Shown one piece after another: positions 17,716 to 27,500 of a stretch of DNA of 42,198 nt (its first letter is position 1; every line of letters starts with the position of its first letter). The stretch comes from a virus (taxonomy: Duplodnaviria > Caudoviricetes). Position numbers and translations under genes: made by a program. The notes beneath the pieces are model-generated. The model worked only from the letters and a program-made list of their open reading frames with translations, ran no database searches and was not told the origin of the DNA. The DNA lies in the IMG/VR virus record IMGVR_UViG_3300049136_000037, positions 1 through 42,198 of that record; one strand, 5' to 3'.

Positions 17716-18366
17716 ATGTGGGAGTTCCTGACGTCTCCAGAGGGGCCTTGGTGGGGTGAAGCTTCCATCGCAGGAACCTTCGTCATCATCGGCGCATTGC
17801 TCAGCCTCATTACCAGTTTCATCGTCGACCGGTCTAAGGCGAAGCGGGAACTAGCTCGACGGTTCGATAACGACATCCGAGAAGCTGGAGCGGCCTTTCT
17901 AACCAAGGCAGACGACTACGTTGAGAAGGCAGAACATGCCCAACACGCAGTTGAACGTCCAGCTCATTGGAAGGACTACACGGCAAACCTTCGTGAAGCT
18001 CTCGCCGCCAGACGTGCTGCGCAAGAAGCATTCGCAAAAGCGCTGCATCCCCTGTCCTTTGTTGCGCCTCATCCGCTCGTCCGGGCCGCGAGGGTGCACC
18101 GCATCCAGTGCGTCACTGCTGCCCTCAGTGACGAGATACTTACTCAAGCCACGAGGGAAGAGTTGAACAGCTCTCGTCAGAAGGTTGTAGATGAGATAAG
18201 ACGAACGATTAAGCTCCCTGCTCTAAAGCCCAGCAGGCGAGCAAGGTTGCGCAGAGTGCTGGTAGCCCAGACTAAACAGTGGACCAAGAAGTCCTGGATG
18301 CTAGGTGGCGCTGCAGTTGTAGGAGTACTGCTCCTTGGCATGTGGATCGGTTCCCTTATTGGGTGA
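17716..18366 (+). CDS. Moron: membrane protein transcribed against the structural operon
   Basis: N- and C-terminal TM helices; own downstream terminator; TGATAGTCT -10-like element just before the ATG. Confidence 0.7.
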   Translation: MWEFLTSPEGPWWGEASIAGTFVIIGALLSLITSFIVDRSKAKRELARRFDNDIREAGAAFLTKADDYVEKAEHAQHAVERPAHWKDYTANLREALAARRAAQEAFAKALHPLSFVAPHPLVRAARVHRIQCVTAALSDEILTQATREELNSSRQKVVDEIRRTIKLPALKPSRRARLRRVLVAQTKQWTKKSWMLGGAAVVGVLLLGMWIGSLIG

Positions 18367-18367
18367 C

Positions 18368-18410
18368 AAAAAAGCGGGCACCGACCCAGTTGGCCGACGC
18401 CCGCCTTTTC
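18368..18410. terminator. Bidirectional terminator
   Basis: AAAAAAGCGGGC...GCCCGCCTTTT between convergent genes. Confidence 0.6.
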
Positions 18411-18416
18411 TGTTAC

Positions 18417-18539
18417 CTAGCGCTTACCTTTGTCGTAGCAGTCAGGACAAACAGTGACCGATCGAAGGCCACCGTGATAGCCGCCGCAATGCTTGCACTT
18501 GAAGTTTGCACCTTTTTCGGTCGAAGAATCCTGCGCCAT
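18417..18539 (-). CDS. 40-aa CxxC...CxxC zinc-finger microprotein
   Basis: AGGAGG SD; MAQDSSTEKGANFKCKHCGGYHGGLRSVTVCPDCYDKGKR. Confidence 0.7.
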   Translation of the reverse strand: MAQDSSTEKGANFKCKHCGGYHGGLRSVTVCPDCYDKGKR

Positions 18540-18627
18540 GTTGCCTCCTACACATACGAACGGACCAGTACAAGGCTGACCCTAAGGGAAGAGCAGAAGC
18601 TGTGACAAGGGCTATTGGTCTAAGGGT

Positions 18628-18664
18628 AAAAAAGAAAGAGGACCATATCGGTTGGCCCTCTTTT
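18628..18664 (-). terminator. Terminator after the capsid genes
   Basis: AAAGAGG-ACCA...TGG-CCCTCTTT stem with flanking A-tract. Confidence 0.55.
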
Positions 18665-18681
18665 CATCTTGTGCCGAACTA

Positions 18682-19041
18682 CTACTTCGAAGTGCTGTTC
18701 GTCTTGGCTTTAGCAGCTTCTTCAGCAGCTTTGTCAGCCTTTGCCTTAGCGTCTGCTTCTGCCTTAGCTTTGGCTTCTGCCTTAGCTTTGGCTTCTGCCG
18801 CTGCTTTTTCTTCAGCTAGCTTGGCGTCAGCAAGAGCTTTTTTCTCAGCGGCTTTGATTTTGGCTTCTGCCTCGGCTTTCTCAGCTGCAGCAGCTTCAGC
18901 ACGAGCCTTTTCAGCTGCACTTTTCTTGACTGCGCGCAGCTCGACGAGCTCTTTCAAGCGGTCCTCATCAACGTCAATCGTCGATGCAGGAGCATGGTAC
19001 TTACCTTCGATCACAACGCTTTGTGTAAGAGATACCTTCAT
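18682..19041 (-). CDS. Ala/Lys/Glu-rich protein downstream of the major capsid gene
   Basis: Short globular N-terminus then AEAKAK repeats; AGGAGG SD. Confidence 0.75.
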   Translation of the reverse strand: MKVSLTQSVVIEGKYHAPASTIDVDEDRLKELVELRAVKKSAAEKARAEAAAAEKAEAEAKIKAAEKKALADAKLAEEKAAAEAKAKAEAKAKAEADAKAKADKAAEEAAKAKTNSTSK

Positions 19042-19049
19042 AGCACCTC

Positions 19050-19981
19050 CTACAGAACGTCAGCGATTAGGTAGTAAACGTCGGTTGAGAAGATCACCTG
19101 ATCGTAGTAGTCGTTGTTGCGAACATACGTGCCCTTTGGATCGTTTTCAGTCCATTTGTCAACGTATTGAGCGCCTTCAAGGGCCATTGTGTAGCCGCCA
19201 TTGACTTGCATCAAACCTGGAGTGCTCGTGACGTACGTGAAGATCACGTTGTCGCCCCATAGGTCGATGATCTCAGGGTCATTGTCAGGGTTCTCGGTGT
19301 CTTCTAGTGTTCCCTGAGCTTTACCAACGCGGATGCTCTGGATGCCGAATGGTGCTAGAACGCGGAGGATTTCCGTCTCACCGATGATGCTTGCCTGTAC
19401 GTACTGAAGCGCTCGATAACAGCCGGGTGGCTGATAAGTGCCAACCAGGCGTCGTAACCCAAGATCATCGTGTTAGGAAGCTTGAAAGCCTTCTTGCGGA
19501 ACAACTTGAGGGCCGTGATCAGGGTATCCACAGGGTCAACGCCGGCATCCGTGAACTTAGAACCGCTAGTCAGCGAAGTGTTGTTGGTGATGATGCTCGT
19601 GTCGGTCAGAATCTTCGATGCGGCATACTCTTCAGAGAGCGCCATCTGACTCTTGATCACTTCTAGAGTCTGGCTTTCGATGTCGTACGCGCTGTCAACC
19701 AATTTGTACTGGTCCTTGGCGATGAACGCTTTGAGTGCCTTCTCAGTGAGTGGTCCCCATGTGCCCTTTGTAGGGTTGATGCTGATCTCGCGGGTCAGAG
19801 CTTTACCGGTTCGGGTTAGGTCTTGGCGGATGATCAGTGATTCTTTGCCCCATGACGGGAAGGTTCCCGATGCGGCCTTTACTTCGATTCGTGGGAAGAC
19901 AAGCGGTGCGATTAGGTCAGCGTCTGGGTTCTTCCACAGCTGACTCATATTAGTGAGCGCTTGGTCTTTCTGGATGTCCAT
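19050..19981 (-). pseudogene. Major capsid protein with an apparent 1-nt deletion near 19405
   Basis: ORF 19981-19355 (DQALTNMS...PNTMILG...HPAVIERF) continues in the -1 frame as YVQASIIGETEILRVLAPFGIQSIRVGKA...LWGDNVIFTYV to 19050. Restoring TTC A[A]G TAC gives one ORF of about 310 aa. Confidence 0.85.
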
Positions 19982-20012
19982 ATTCAGTTTTGATCCTGCT
20001 TAAATTTGTTTG

Positions 20013-20378
20013 TTAGGCCGCGACCTTGTCGTGCTTCAGGTACTCGATCACGTCACCAGCAACACCAGCCAATAGGGCCTTGCCGAAGGTTACGTTGCCG
20101 GTTGCTGCAGTCACTGCTAGTCCGCTTGCGTTTGATGTTAGGTTCGCACCCTTAGCGACTGTTGCGCCAAGGCGGACTTTGAATGTGCCCTGTCCGTTTA
20201 CTAGTGCGTATGCCGCAGTAGCGCCAACTTTGGCACCAGTTTCAACAACACCAGCGATGTCAGTAGCACCAGTAGCTAGTACAACTTTGTCGCTGGAGTT
20301 GAGTTTGACGATTTGGTATGGCTTCACTTCTGCTGCTGCTTCAGCTGCGCCGTAACCACCTTCTCGATGAGTAGTCAT
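20013..20378 (-). CDS. Capsid decoration/cement protein (DUF2190-like)
   Basis: 121 aa Gly/Ala/Val-rich; G-ALLAGVAGDVIE motif; between protease and MCP. Confidence 0.75.
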   Translation of the reverse strand: MTTHREGGYGAAEAAAEVKPYQIVKLNSSDKVVLATGATDIAGVVETGAKVGATAAYALVNGQGTFKVRLGATVAKGANLTSNASGLAVTAATGNVTFGKALLAGVAGDVIEYLKHDKVAA

Positions 20379-20388
20379 ATCTGTCCCC

Positions 20389-21606
20389 TTATTCCTTACT
20401 GTTTTCGTTGTTTTCGGCCTGGAACTGCTTCTTCAGCCCGGCGTTAGCCTTGAGCACAGAGCGTGTCGCCTCACCGATGGTCTTGGCTTCACCCTTGCTC
20501 ACGAGTTCTTGAGCCTGAGCGAATACGCGATCCACCACTGATGCACCCTCGCCAGCTTCATCACTGCCCTCTTCGCCTGCGAGAAGTGGATTCTCGGGCA
20601 GGTTGTTGATGAAGGTCTCTAGACGGGTGCGCTGATCACCAGCTGAAGCAAGCAGGAGATCAACAGCTTCATCGCTGTGCTCACTCTTGATGCGGCCGTT
20701 GGCGATGCTGGCTGCTACGAACTCTTGAGCTTCCTTCTTGGCAAGCTTGAGTGATGCTTCGCGGCCGGCTTTCGCGTCAGCTTGAAGTTGCTTAACCTGG
20801 GCGGCGGTAAGGCCACCTAGGGCGCTTGCTTCTAGCTTTGAAGCCTCTTCCGCGGCCTTAGCCTCAGCTTCTGCTTTTTCAGCAGCTTCCTTCTCAGCAG
20901 CTGCCTTGTCGGCTGCCTCTTTTTCTGCGGCTGCCTTTGCAGCTTCATCTTCAGTCTCTCCGAGTCCGAACGTTTTCAGCTCTTCATCGGTGAGATCTGC
21001 TTTATGCTCAGTAAGAAACGCCTTCTCATCGTCGGACAATTCTTCGAGCGGTTTGACACGTAGCTTATCTAGCTCCATATCACCTCCTTCATGGTTGTTA
21101 TCACTGGCTCCGGATCTGGCGGATGCCATCACCGGTTTCAGCTTCTTTAGTAATGGATCATTGGTGAGGGTTGCCCCCGTCACCACGTTCTTGAGCATTT
21201 CCCCTTCCACTTCTGGATTTTCAAACGGCATCGTTGAAGGGTAGAACTCGATGGATATATAGCGGTACTCGTCCCGCTCAATCTTTTCTTTGCCGAGTGC
21301 CGTCCAATCGATAGCACCCAACATGCGGTCGCCGTCACGCCGAAGAGCATTGATGCGGAAGGCAGCTGGGCTCTCTCCACCTAGATGATCGAGAGTGCCT
21401 GGGAGAGGTTCAGTGCCGCGCACGCGGTAGACACCAGCATCAAAGTGGCGGACGGCTTCATCGATGTCAGCTTCCGTGACGTCGAAGTCACCGTGCCAAG
21501 GGGTTCGCCAAGAGCCAGTGTGAATCAATTCGATTTCTTTAGGAAGCTCACCTTCAGCGCTAGCGTGAACTTTTTGTGTAATACGGATCGATTTACTGGT
21601 TTTCAT
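20389..21606 (-). CDS. Mu gpI-like prohead protease/scaffold
   Basis: DH...WT..GKE.I....YRYISIEF...ATLTNDP protease motifs; acidic helical scaffold; possible internal start MELDKL after GGAGG. Confidence 0.88.
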   Translation of the reverse strand: MKTSKSIRITQKVHASAEGELPKEIELIHTGSWRTPWHGDFDVTEADIDEAVRHFDAGVYRVRGTEPLPGTLDHLGGESPAAFRINALRRDGDRMLGAIDWTALGKEKIERDEYRYISIEFYPSTMPFENPEVEGEMLKNVVTGATLTNDPLLKKLKPVMASARSGASDNNHEGGDMELDKLRVKPLEELSDDEKAFLTEHKADLTDEELKTFGLGETEDEAAKAAAEKEAADKAAAEKEAAEKAEAEAKAAEEASKLEASALGGLTAAQVKQLQADAKAGREASLKLAKKEAQEFVAASIANGRIKSEHSDEAVDLLLASAGDQRTRLETFINNLPENPLLAGEEGSDEAGEGASVVDRVFAQAQELVSKGEAKTIGEATRSVLKANAGLKKQFQAENNENSKE

Positions 21607-21655
21607 CTAGTTCTTAATTTGGATTAGACGAACAATATAGTCAATAGTGAAATTG

Positions 21656-22465
21656 CTAATAACCATAGATAATGCCACATCTATCGCGAGGGTGACATGC
21701 AGGCCGATCAACCTGCTTGCCGTTAGAAAGGGTGAAGAGCTTATCAATCGCTATCTCGCCTTGTTTGATAGCCGATTGACATAAGGGGCACGCGCCAATG
21801 AGTCCGTCCCACTTCTTTGTCTTGGCCCCGGTGCTGACGGCGTAGTGCTTCAACCCTGTTTGGTAGGCGTTTACGGGCTCCGTCTGTGAGATCAGCTGCG
21901 CTCGGATCGGGTTGTCGATGACCTTCATCAGGCGGACTGTCGCCATGTCCGCGTTCTCCCCCAGGGCAACGCTCTTAGCTACTGATTCGCGGATGATCTT
22001 GCGCGTCGTAGCAGTGACATTGGAAACCATCTGGGCCGTGTACTTCCTGGCTGCTTGCATGATGGCGTCGTCCAAGGATGCGAACTCAAGTGATGAGTAG
22101 CCGAGAGGTATCCCATAGACGGCCTCGCCTGCCACAGCTCCCGTTGCTACTAGATCAGTGATGACAGCAAGAACCGCGGAAGTCAGTAGCTTCTCTTCTT
22201 CGCTCCACACAACGTCGTCGTTATTAGCTACGGGACCAGCAGCAGCGATGACGGGCTTCGGCAAGCGTTCCCAGTCCACGTAGGCCGGCACCCGTTGAGC
22301 CAGCTCGTGCAAGTACTCGGCGACGTTCGTCTCTAGCTGTGCTTCTAAGTAAGTAAGCAAGGCAAAGGTGACAGGATCGGCCTTGTAGCTCCCCTGCCAG
22401 TCCTCAACAGCGACAATGGCCGCTCTGAGTTGAGTGCGAGCATCAAGCAGCTCTAGCCGCGTCAC
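21656..22465 (-). CDS. Minor head / head morphogenesis protein (Mu gpF, SPP1 gp7-like)
   Basis: RAQLISQTE...KKW...CPLC...PACHPRDRC motif. Confidence 0.85.
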   Translation of the reverse strand: MTRLELLDARTQLRAAIVAVEDWQGSYKADPVTFALLTYLEAQLETNVAEYLHELAQRVPAYVDWERLPKPVIAAAGPVANNDDVVWSEEEKLLTSAVLAVITDLVATGAVAGEAVYGIPLGYSSLEFASLDDAIMQAARKYTAQMVSNVTATTRKIIRESVAKSVALGENADMATVRLMKVIDNPIRAQLISQTEPVNAYQTGLKHYAVSTGAKTKKWDGLIGACPLCQSAIKQGEIAIDKLFTLSNGKQVDRPACHPRDRCGIIYGY

Positions 22466-23774
22466 CGTAGAGCTCCTGGGTTATGGAAGCGTGAAGCTTA
22501 CGGGCAGCCTCGACGTTCTTCTTGATCTCCGTAGCCGACTTCTTGTCCTTGGCTGACTCTTTGGACTTATCCACGTCTTCATCGTGTTCGCGCTCAGGGA
22601 AGCGAATAAGGGCGCGTACGTGGTCTTCATCCTCTTCTGTAGGTGTCAGGAGACCTGCGTCGGTGAACTTGGTAACTGCGTCCGCGATCTGCGTGACGTT
22701 GTCCTCATCGAACTTGCCGAAACGCAGCGTGGGGTAAGTATCGGTTGTGAAGTTGAGGTCGACCAGGGTCTTGATGACATAGCCCATGGTGTCGGCAATC
22801 TCCGCCGCTATCGCCTCGTTGGCCATCAGGAACAGCTTGGAATGGTCCTCGCTAGTAGAGCGGGTACCACTGCCCTTTGACGCGCCGATCTCTAGGAATT
22901 GCGCCAAGACGTTCTTGCTGATCTGGCGGTCGTGGTGATCTACGGAGGGGTGAATGTCCTTCAGGGTGCCAGCCTTCATGTCCATGAAGTTGATGTCCCA
23001 ACCAACTGGCTCTTCTATGTAGGCCTCTTCGTTGGCGCGAAGGTTGATTGCAGCTGCCTTAGCGGCCTCCCTTTGCTTATCCGTGGCCCCAGTCGGGTAC
23101 TTGATCTTCACGACACCGAGGGCTTGACGCTCATGGCCGACTGCATCGATTTGGTAGAGCTTGTCCTTGTAGAACCAGTGCTTATACGCAGCACGGAGGA
23201 TTGAGCGGCCAGCATAGTTGTCGCCCTCTTGCTCGTTGGTGAAGACGATGATCTTGTTCAGCGGGATATGGAATGTCTTGCCATCTGTCGTCATCTGAGT
23301 GACGCCAGGGACACCCTTGCCCGCGTCCCAGGCAGTGATAGTCGTCTGTTTGCGGAAGGCGAGTTTCTTCAGGACGATGCGGAGCTTCCCGTCTACCTCT
23401 CGTGCCTCCAGGACCATTTCGAAGACTGAGAATCCGAACTCTAAGAACGTCAAGATCTCGTTGATCGTCTTCTGCCACTTGATGCTCTCGAACAGGTTGT
23501 AGTGCACGAAATCCCTGATCTCGACGTCCTTGGCCTCGTCTGATGCACCCTCCATGTACCACTTGGTGGACTTGACCGGGAGCTTCACCGCCTTCAGAGT
23601 CGCACCCACAGTTGCATCTGAGCGGCGCATCTCGTCATAGATACGGATCGCGTTTATGCCGGTGAGTTTCGAGTTGTACTCTTCGCCAGTAATAATGCCA
23701 TTAAATATCTGGACTCCCGATTCCCCTATCTCAGGTCCGGTGACGTTTCGCTTTCTATTGGTATTACTAGCCAT
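22443..23774 (-). CDS. Portal protein (DUF935, Mu gp29-like)
   Basis: YDEMRRSD...FGFSVFE...GRSILRAAYKHW...QISKNVLAQ motifs; follows terL. Confidence 0.9.
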   Translation of the reverse strand: MASNTNRKRNVTGPEIGESGVQIFNGIITGEEYNSKLTGINAIRIYDEMRRSDATVGATLKAVKLPVKSTKWYMEGASDEAKDVEIRDFVHYNLFESIKWQKTINEILTFLEFGFSVFEMVLEAREVDGKLRIVLKKLAFRKQTTITAWDAGKGVPGVTQMTTDGKTFHIPLNKIIVFTNEQEGDNYAGRSILRAAYKHWFYKDKLYQIDAVGHERQALGVVKIKYPTGATDKQREAAKAAAINLRANEEAYIEEPVGWDINFMDMKAGTLKDIHPSVDHHDRQISKNVLAQFLEIGASKGSGTRSTSEDHSKLFLMANEAIAAEIADTMGYVIKTLVDLNFTTDTYPTLRFGKFDEDNVTQIADAVTKFTDAGLLTPTEEDEDHVRALIRFPEREHDEDVDKSKESAKDKKSATEIKKNVEAARKLHASITQELYGDAARAA

Positions 23775-23791
23775 CTGCTTATCAATTTAAA

Positions 23792-25303
23792 CTAGAAGCT
23801 GCTGTTTAACAATCCTGAAGTGATAGGTGAGCTATTAGAGCCCTTGTCGTCATTGGTCTCATACTCGAATTCCTGCGGCTCGTTAGCCTGGCACCACCAA
23901 GCAGCAAGAAGGCTGTCCGAATAGTCTGGTGATCGACCAAGGCGGACCTTTAGCTTCGGCTTGCTTTCGATGATTGTCTGCCGCTCTTTGTACTCGATGC
24001 CATGCGATGAAAAGTCACGCTTGAAGTCACTGAAGTATTCGACGGTTCTGAGCCAAAGGAGCTGACCCTTCTTTATGGCGTCACCCATATCCGAGTAGCA
24101 CTGGGATCGGATGTTGTTGAAGAGAGGGATGACTCTGTCTTCCGGCTTCGGATCGTTAATGATGTTGCCATTTGGGTCGAGGCCGCGGATGCCCTTGGTA
24201 GAACCAGCATTAAAGGCCTGCACATAGAAACCGAGTCGGTTGCAGGCGTCCAGGACGCTCGTACCAATCCCTACGACATCAACTGCTGCTGAATCGTAGC
24301 CTCCCCCGCGCTCCTGGACCCATCCCATAAAGGCTTCTGCAACGAAGGTGCCAACGTCCAATCGATCGTCATCAACGGGGATAAGCAGCTTGAAGGCGTC
24401 AACCACTACGGAGCCCTTGAGCTCAGTGAAGATACAACCGTCGCCGCCGCGAGACGGGTCACAGCCAAAGAATGATCGAGCGCCCTTATCAAACTCATCG
24501 GTCTGCTTCAGGTGATGAGAGGCGACAAGTTTGCCCTGGTCGGTATCGAAGTCCCAGTCGCCTTCCATCAGTCGTCGGCGTTGAGCTTCCGGCAGATTGC
24601 GCAGCGTCTCTAAGTAGTTGCGGCTAAGGAACGGGTTATCAGTAGGTAAGGATCGGACGAAAGCGCGCTTGGCCGGCAACATCTGATCACCGACTTCAAC
24701 AAGACCGTGGTCCCAAACTTGGTAGTCACCGCCCCCTCGCTTCATATAGGGCTCATAGAACTCGTCACGAATGAAGTTCTGGCTTGGGTTACAGGTCAGG
24801 ACCGTCTTACCGGTCAGGCCATACTCCTTGTTGAGCATGCGGTTTTTGCGAGAGTTCAATGCCGACTGGGCCTTCGCGACAATTTCACCGACTTCCTCAA
24901 ACACCACGTGCGTCAGTTCCAGTGATCCGAAGCCGTCGTATTCAGGATCAGAAGGCTTTGGCGCCAGATCGAGCAGGATTATCGAGCTGCCATTCCTGTA
25001 GTAGATGCCAGGGTTAGTGTTGCCCGGAGCCGTGTACTTGAAGTCAGCCTGGGTGACGCCAAGTAGAGGATGCGTCTTTGTCAGCAGCGTCACGACCGTT
25101 GTCTTGCCGAGGTTACTGATCTCCTTACGGGCCAGACCAATCGTGATGCCTGGATACATCCGGCACTGAATGACCATCCACAGAGTCACGAGCAAGCTCT
25201 TTCCGCCGCCGGCCCCTCCACCGAAAAGCAGCTCAACAACCAGAGGGTCATTGAGCAACTGAAGCGCGAGGTTTTGTTTAGGACTGAGTTGGATCTTGGG
25301 CAT
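23792..25303 (-). CDS. terL: Terminase large subunit
   Basis: GGGAGGGKS Walker A, VFEE Walker B, TCNP, nuclease GCDPSRGGD, DVVGIG and GRSPDYSD. Confidence 0.95.
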   Translation of the reverse strand: MPKIQLSPKQNLALQLLNDPLVVELLFGGGAGGGKSLLVTLWMVIQCRMYPGITIGLARKEISNLGKTTVVTLLTKTHPLLGVTQADFKYTAPGNTNPGIYYRNGSSIILLDLAPKPSDPEYDGFGSLELTHVVFEEVGEIVAKAQSALNSRKNRMLNKEYGLTGKTVLTCNPSQNFIRDEFYEPYMKRGGGDYQVWDHGLVEVGDQMLPAKRAFVRSLPTDNPFLSRNYLETLRNLPEAQRRRLMEGDWDFDTDQGKLVASHHLKQTDEFDKGARSFFGCDPSRGGDGCIFTELKGSVVVDAFKLLIPVDDDRLDVGTFVAEAFMGWVQERGGGYDSAAVDVVGIGTSVLDACNRLGFYVQAFNAGSTKGIRGLDPNGNIINDPKPEDRVIPLFNNIRSQCYSDMGDAIKKGQLLWLRTVEYFSDFKRDFSSHGIEYKERQTIIESKPKLKVRLGRSPDYSDSLLAAWWCQANEPQEFEYETNDDKGSNSSPITSGLLNSSF

Positions 25304-25772
25304 TGATGACCTCAACCTGCAAAGCGCTTGAGCCAAACAGGCCCTCGACCTTTCCGCTGTGGTCTACCTCTTGACGTTCCTTCCAGCCCCAGTTGTTCTT
25401 CAATGAGAAGGCCGCACCAGATGAAGCCTTACCGAACAGTTGCTCTTCAGCGAAACGATGAACGCGCTCTTTTGCATCCTCTATCGTGTCCAGAAATTCT
25501 CCCCTCTCACCGTAGTCAAGGAGGGTCTGGCGGGAGATGCCCAGGGCGTGAGCAAGGCCTGACATCGTGTAGGGCCGCTGTTCGCTGATCGTCTCATCTT
25601 CAGCCCAGTACGCCGTGCCGTCAATACGTTCCTTGCGCACCTTGATCTTGATGATGTGAGGATCGCAGTTACCGAAGTATTCCTCGATCTTTTGAGCTAG
25701 CTCTTCAACGCTCTGGATCTTGAGTGGTCGTCCTACTGGTCGTTTGTCGTCATTCTTTTCACTGTCTTGCAT
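25278..25772 (-). CDS. terS: Terminase small subunit (DNA-packaging gp3-like)
   Basis: VGRP...IEEYF...PYTMSGLAHALGISRQTLLDY...FSLKNNWGWKE; upstream of terL. Confidence 0.9.
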   Translation of the reverse strand: MQDSEKNDDKRPVGRPLKIQSVEELAQKIEEYFGNCDPHIIKIKVRKERIDGTAYWAEDETISEQRPYTMSGLAHALGISRQTLLDYGERGEFLDTIEDAKERVHRFAEEQLFGKASSGAAFSLKNNWGWKERQEVDHSGKVEGLFGSSALQVEVINAQDPTQS

Positions 25773-25862
25773 ATGTGCCCCTATTTATGCACAAAGGGCG
25801 CTGAATTAAAAGACCTCAAGGAAGTCGGGTACTATTAGGCGACTACAAACGAAAGAGGATCA

Positions 25863-26681
25863 ATGCTTGGATTTCTAACCAACCTTCGCGACATAAAGTC
25901 ATCTCTAGTCTCAGGGATGATTTTACTGTTCACATTTTGGTTGGTGTTCGGGAACGCCTTTATGAAAGTTCCCAATGATGACAGCGTCACGGGTAACCTG
26001 ACACGTACGGCCTCCTATCTTGGAACCCCTGGAACTCTCGCCGTCCTCGTCTTCATCGCTTACGTCGTTGGCATGGTCGCTTCAACGCATGCATGGCTTG
26101 ATGTAGTAGAAGGATTCAAGGGTGGGAAAGTCGCCAACTCAGTTTCCAAATCAACGGCGGAGCGCTTTGCCAAGTTTCTCGGCGACTTGGTGGACGGGGT
26201 ACAGAAGTATGTCACTGCAGTGGATCTTATTGCCGTACTCAAGCTAGAGGGAGCCGACTTTGATCGCATAAAGCACTACAAGGACGCTGACAGCCAGAAA
26301 AGAGAGATGAAGAAGCGTCTCACTGCCTACTTGGAAAACTACGTCCTAACTGATCTCAAGGTCCTAGCTGCTCAACTTCACACCGCCCATGATAAAGCTT
26401 GGGAGAAGTACGAAAAGGCTGCATCTGAAGCTAACTTCCGCGCCAGCATGGTCATCCCGCTGGCACTCATGACGATTGCACTCTCGTGGCGTATAGCGTC
26501 AGAAGGCAACATCGGACTGATGTTCGTGGTGATCGCGGTCATGTTGGCGATTCAAGTGGTCTTGGTACTCAAGGCGGCCTCAAAGCGGCATGAAGCCAAC
26601 GAGGAAATCATCCACGCGATCGTGAACGAGAACATCGATGTTCCTCCGATCACCACGGTAAAAGCCCTAGGTGGCAAATAG
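25863..26681 (+). CDS. Moron: multi-TM membrane protein of unknown function
   Basis: Two N-terminal and two C-terminal TM helices around a soluble domain; AGAGGA SD. Confidence 0.75.
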   Translation: MLGFLTNLRDIKSSLVSGMILLFTFWLVFGNAFMKVPNDDSVTGNLTRTASYLGTPGTLAVLVFIAYVVGMVASTHAWLDVVEGFKGGKVANSVSKSTAERFAKFLGDLVDGVQKYVTAVDLIAVLKLEGADFDRIKHYKDADSQKREMKKRLTAYLENYVLTDLKVLAAQLHTAHDKAWEKYEKAASEANFRASMVIPLALMTIALSWRIASEGNIGLMFVVIAVMLAIQVVLVLKAASKRHEANEEIIHAIVNENIDVPPITTVKALGGK

Positions 26682-26696
26682 CCAGCGGCCTTATGT

Positions 26697-26736
26697 GACG
26701 AAGAGAGGGAGCCCCTGGAGGCTCCCTCTCTTCGTC
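26697..26736. terminator. Perfect 17-bp hairpin between convergent genes
   Basis: GACGAAGAGAGGGAGCC-CCTGGA-GGCTCCCTCTCTTCGTC. Confidence 0.8.
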
Positions 26737-26753
26737 TCCCGGCTTAGTGCTTA

Positions 26754-27488
26754 CTAACCAGCCCTGTGCACGAGGTACGCATAAAAGTTTTCACAGAATC
26801 GAATGAAGCTCGTATCCGCAGAAACGTCGGAGTAGTAGCCCGTCTCAGCGTCCTCTTCCCTGATTCCCATAACGCCGGCTGCCGTGTAGAGGCCATCCTC
26901 TGCCACCCGGCGGCACAGCAAGTCGTATCGTTCAAGGAAGCTAGCGGACTTGAACTGAGGATCAACGGACCCGTACGACACCCTAGGCCTCAGCGGACGA
27001 GTGGACTCGTGGCTTTCCTGTACCAGAATGAACCAGCCAAGGAACGGCCTTTGGTCTTCGCCATACTTCAGCGAGCGCCAGGATGCCCAAAAGTCGGTGG
27101 CACTACCGATGGCTTCTTCTTTACGGTTGTTGTAGTTCTTGCCCAAGTCCTTGATGCCCATGTGGCTCTTGAACTCAATGGCAGCAACAATGTCGCCTTC
27201 ATGGGTCACGACCAGGTCCCACTGCTTGCTCGGCCTGTAGTAGCCGGGAAGAGCGATTGCCCCACGTCGCAAGCCAACCTGCGCGCCCGTAAAGCCGCTT
27301 TGCTCAACGAGCCATTGCATGACGTTGACGAACTGATTTAGTGCCTGACCGCCAGTGGCCTCGCCTCGGAGTCCCTGATCGACGCGGTCGCCTTCAGCGT
27401 TCTTTTTGCCTGCTGCCCTGCGAGAGGCCCAGTAGTACTGGACGGCATGCTGAGCTTCGTTTTCTATATCCCCCGGATTAAATCGCAC
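26754..27488 (-). CDS. Type II restriction endonuclease, XhoI/PaeR7I family
   Basis: LPGYYRPSKQWDL...AAIEFKS...GKNYNNRKEEAIGSATD...PFLGW family motifs. Confidence 0.9.
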   Translation of the reverse strand: MRFNPGDIENEAQHAVQYYWASRRAAGKKNAEGDRVDQGLRGEATGGQALNQFVNVMQWLVEQSGFTGAQVGLRRGAIALPGYYRPSKQWDLVVTHEGDIVAAIEFKSHMGIKDLGKNYNNRKEEAIGSATDFWASWRSLKYGEDQRPFLGWFILVQESHESTRPLRPRVSYGSVDPQFKSASFLERYDLLCRRVAEDGLYTAAGVMGIREEDAETGYYSDVSADTSFIRFCENFYAYLVHRAG

Positions 27489-27500
27489 TCACGCAGTCTG

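Noticed and set aside
18506-19204. 232-aa plus-strand Ala/Ser/Leu-rich ORF
   Set aside because: Antisense shadow of the AEAKAK-repeat gene; the same applies to 20906-21244, 33156-33479 and 11943-12392.
16303-23774. Mu-like head genes suggesting a transposable phage
   Set aside because: No MuA/MuB transposase or contractile sheath in the window; a serine integrase and site-specific comM insertion are present.
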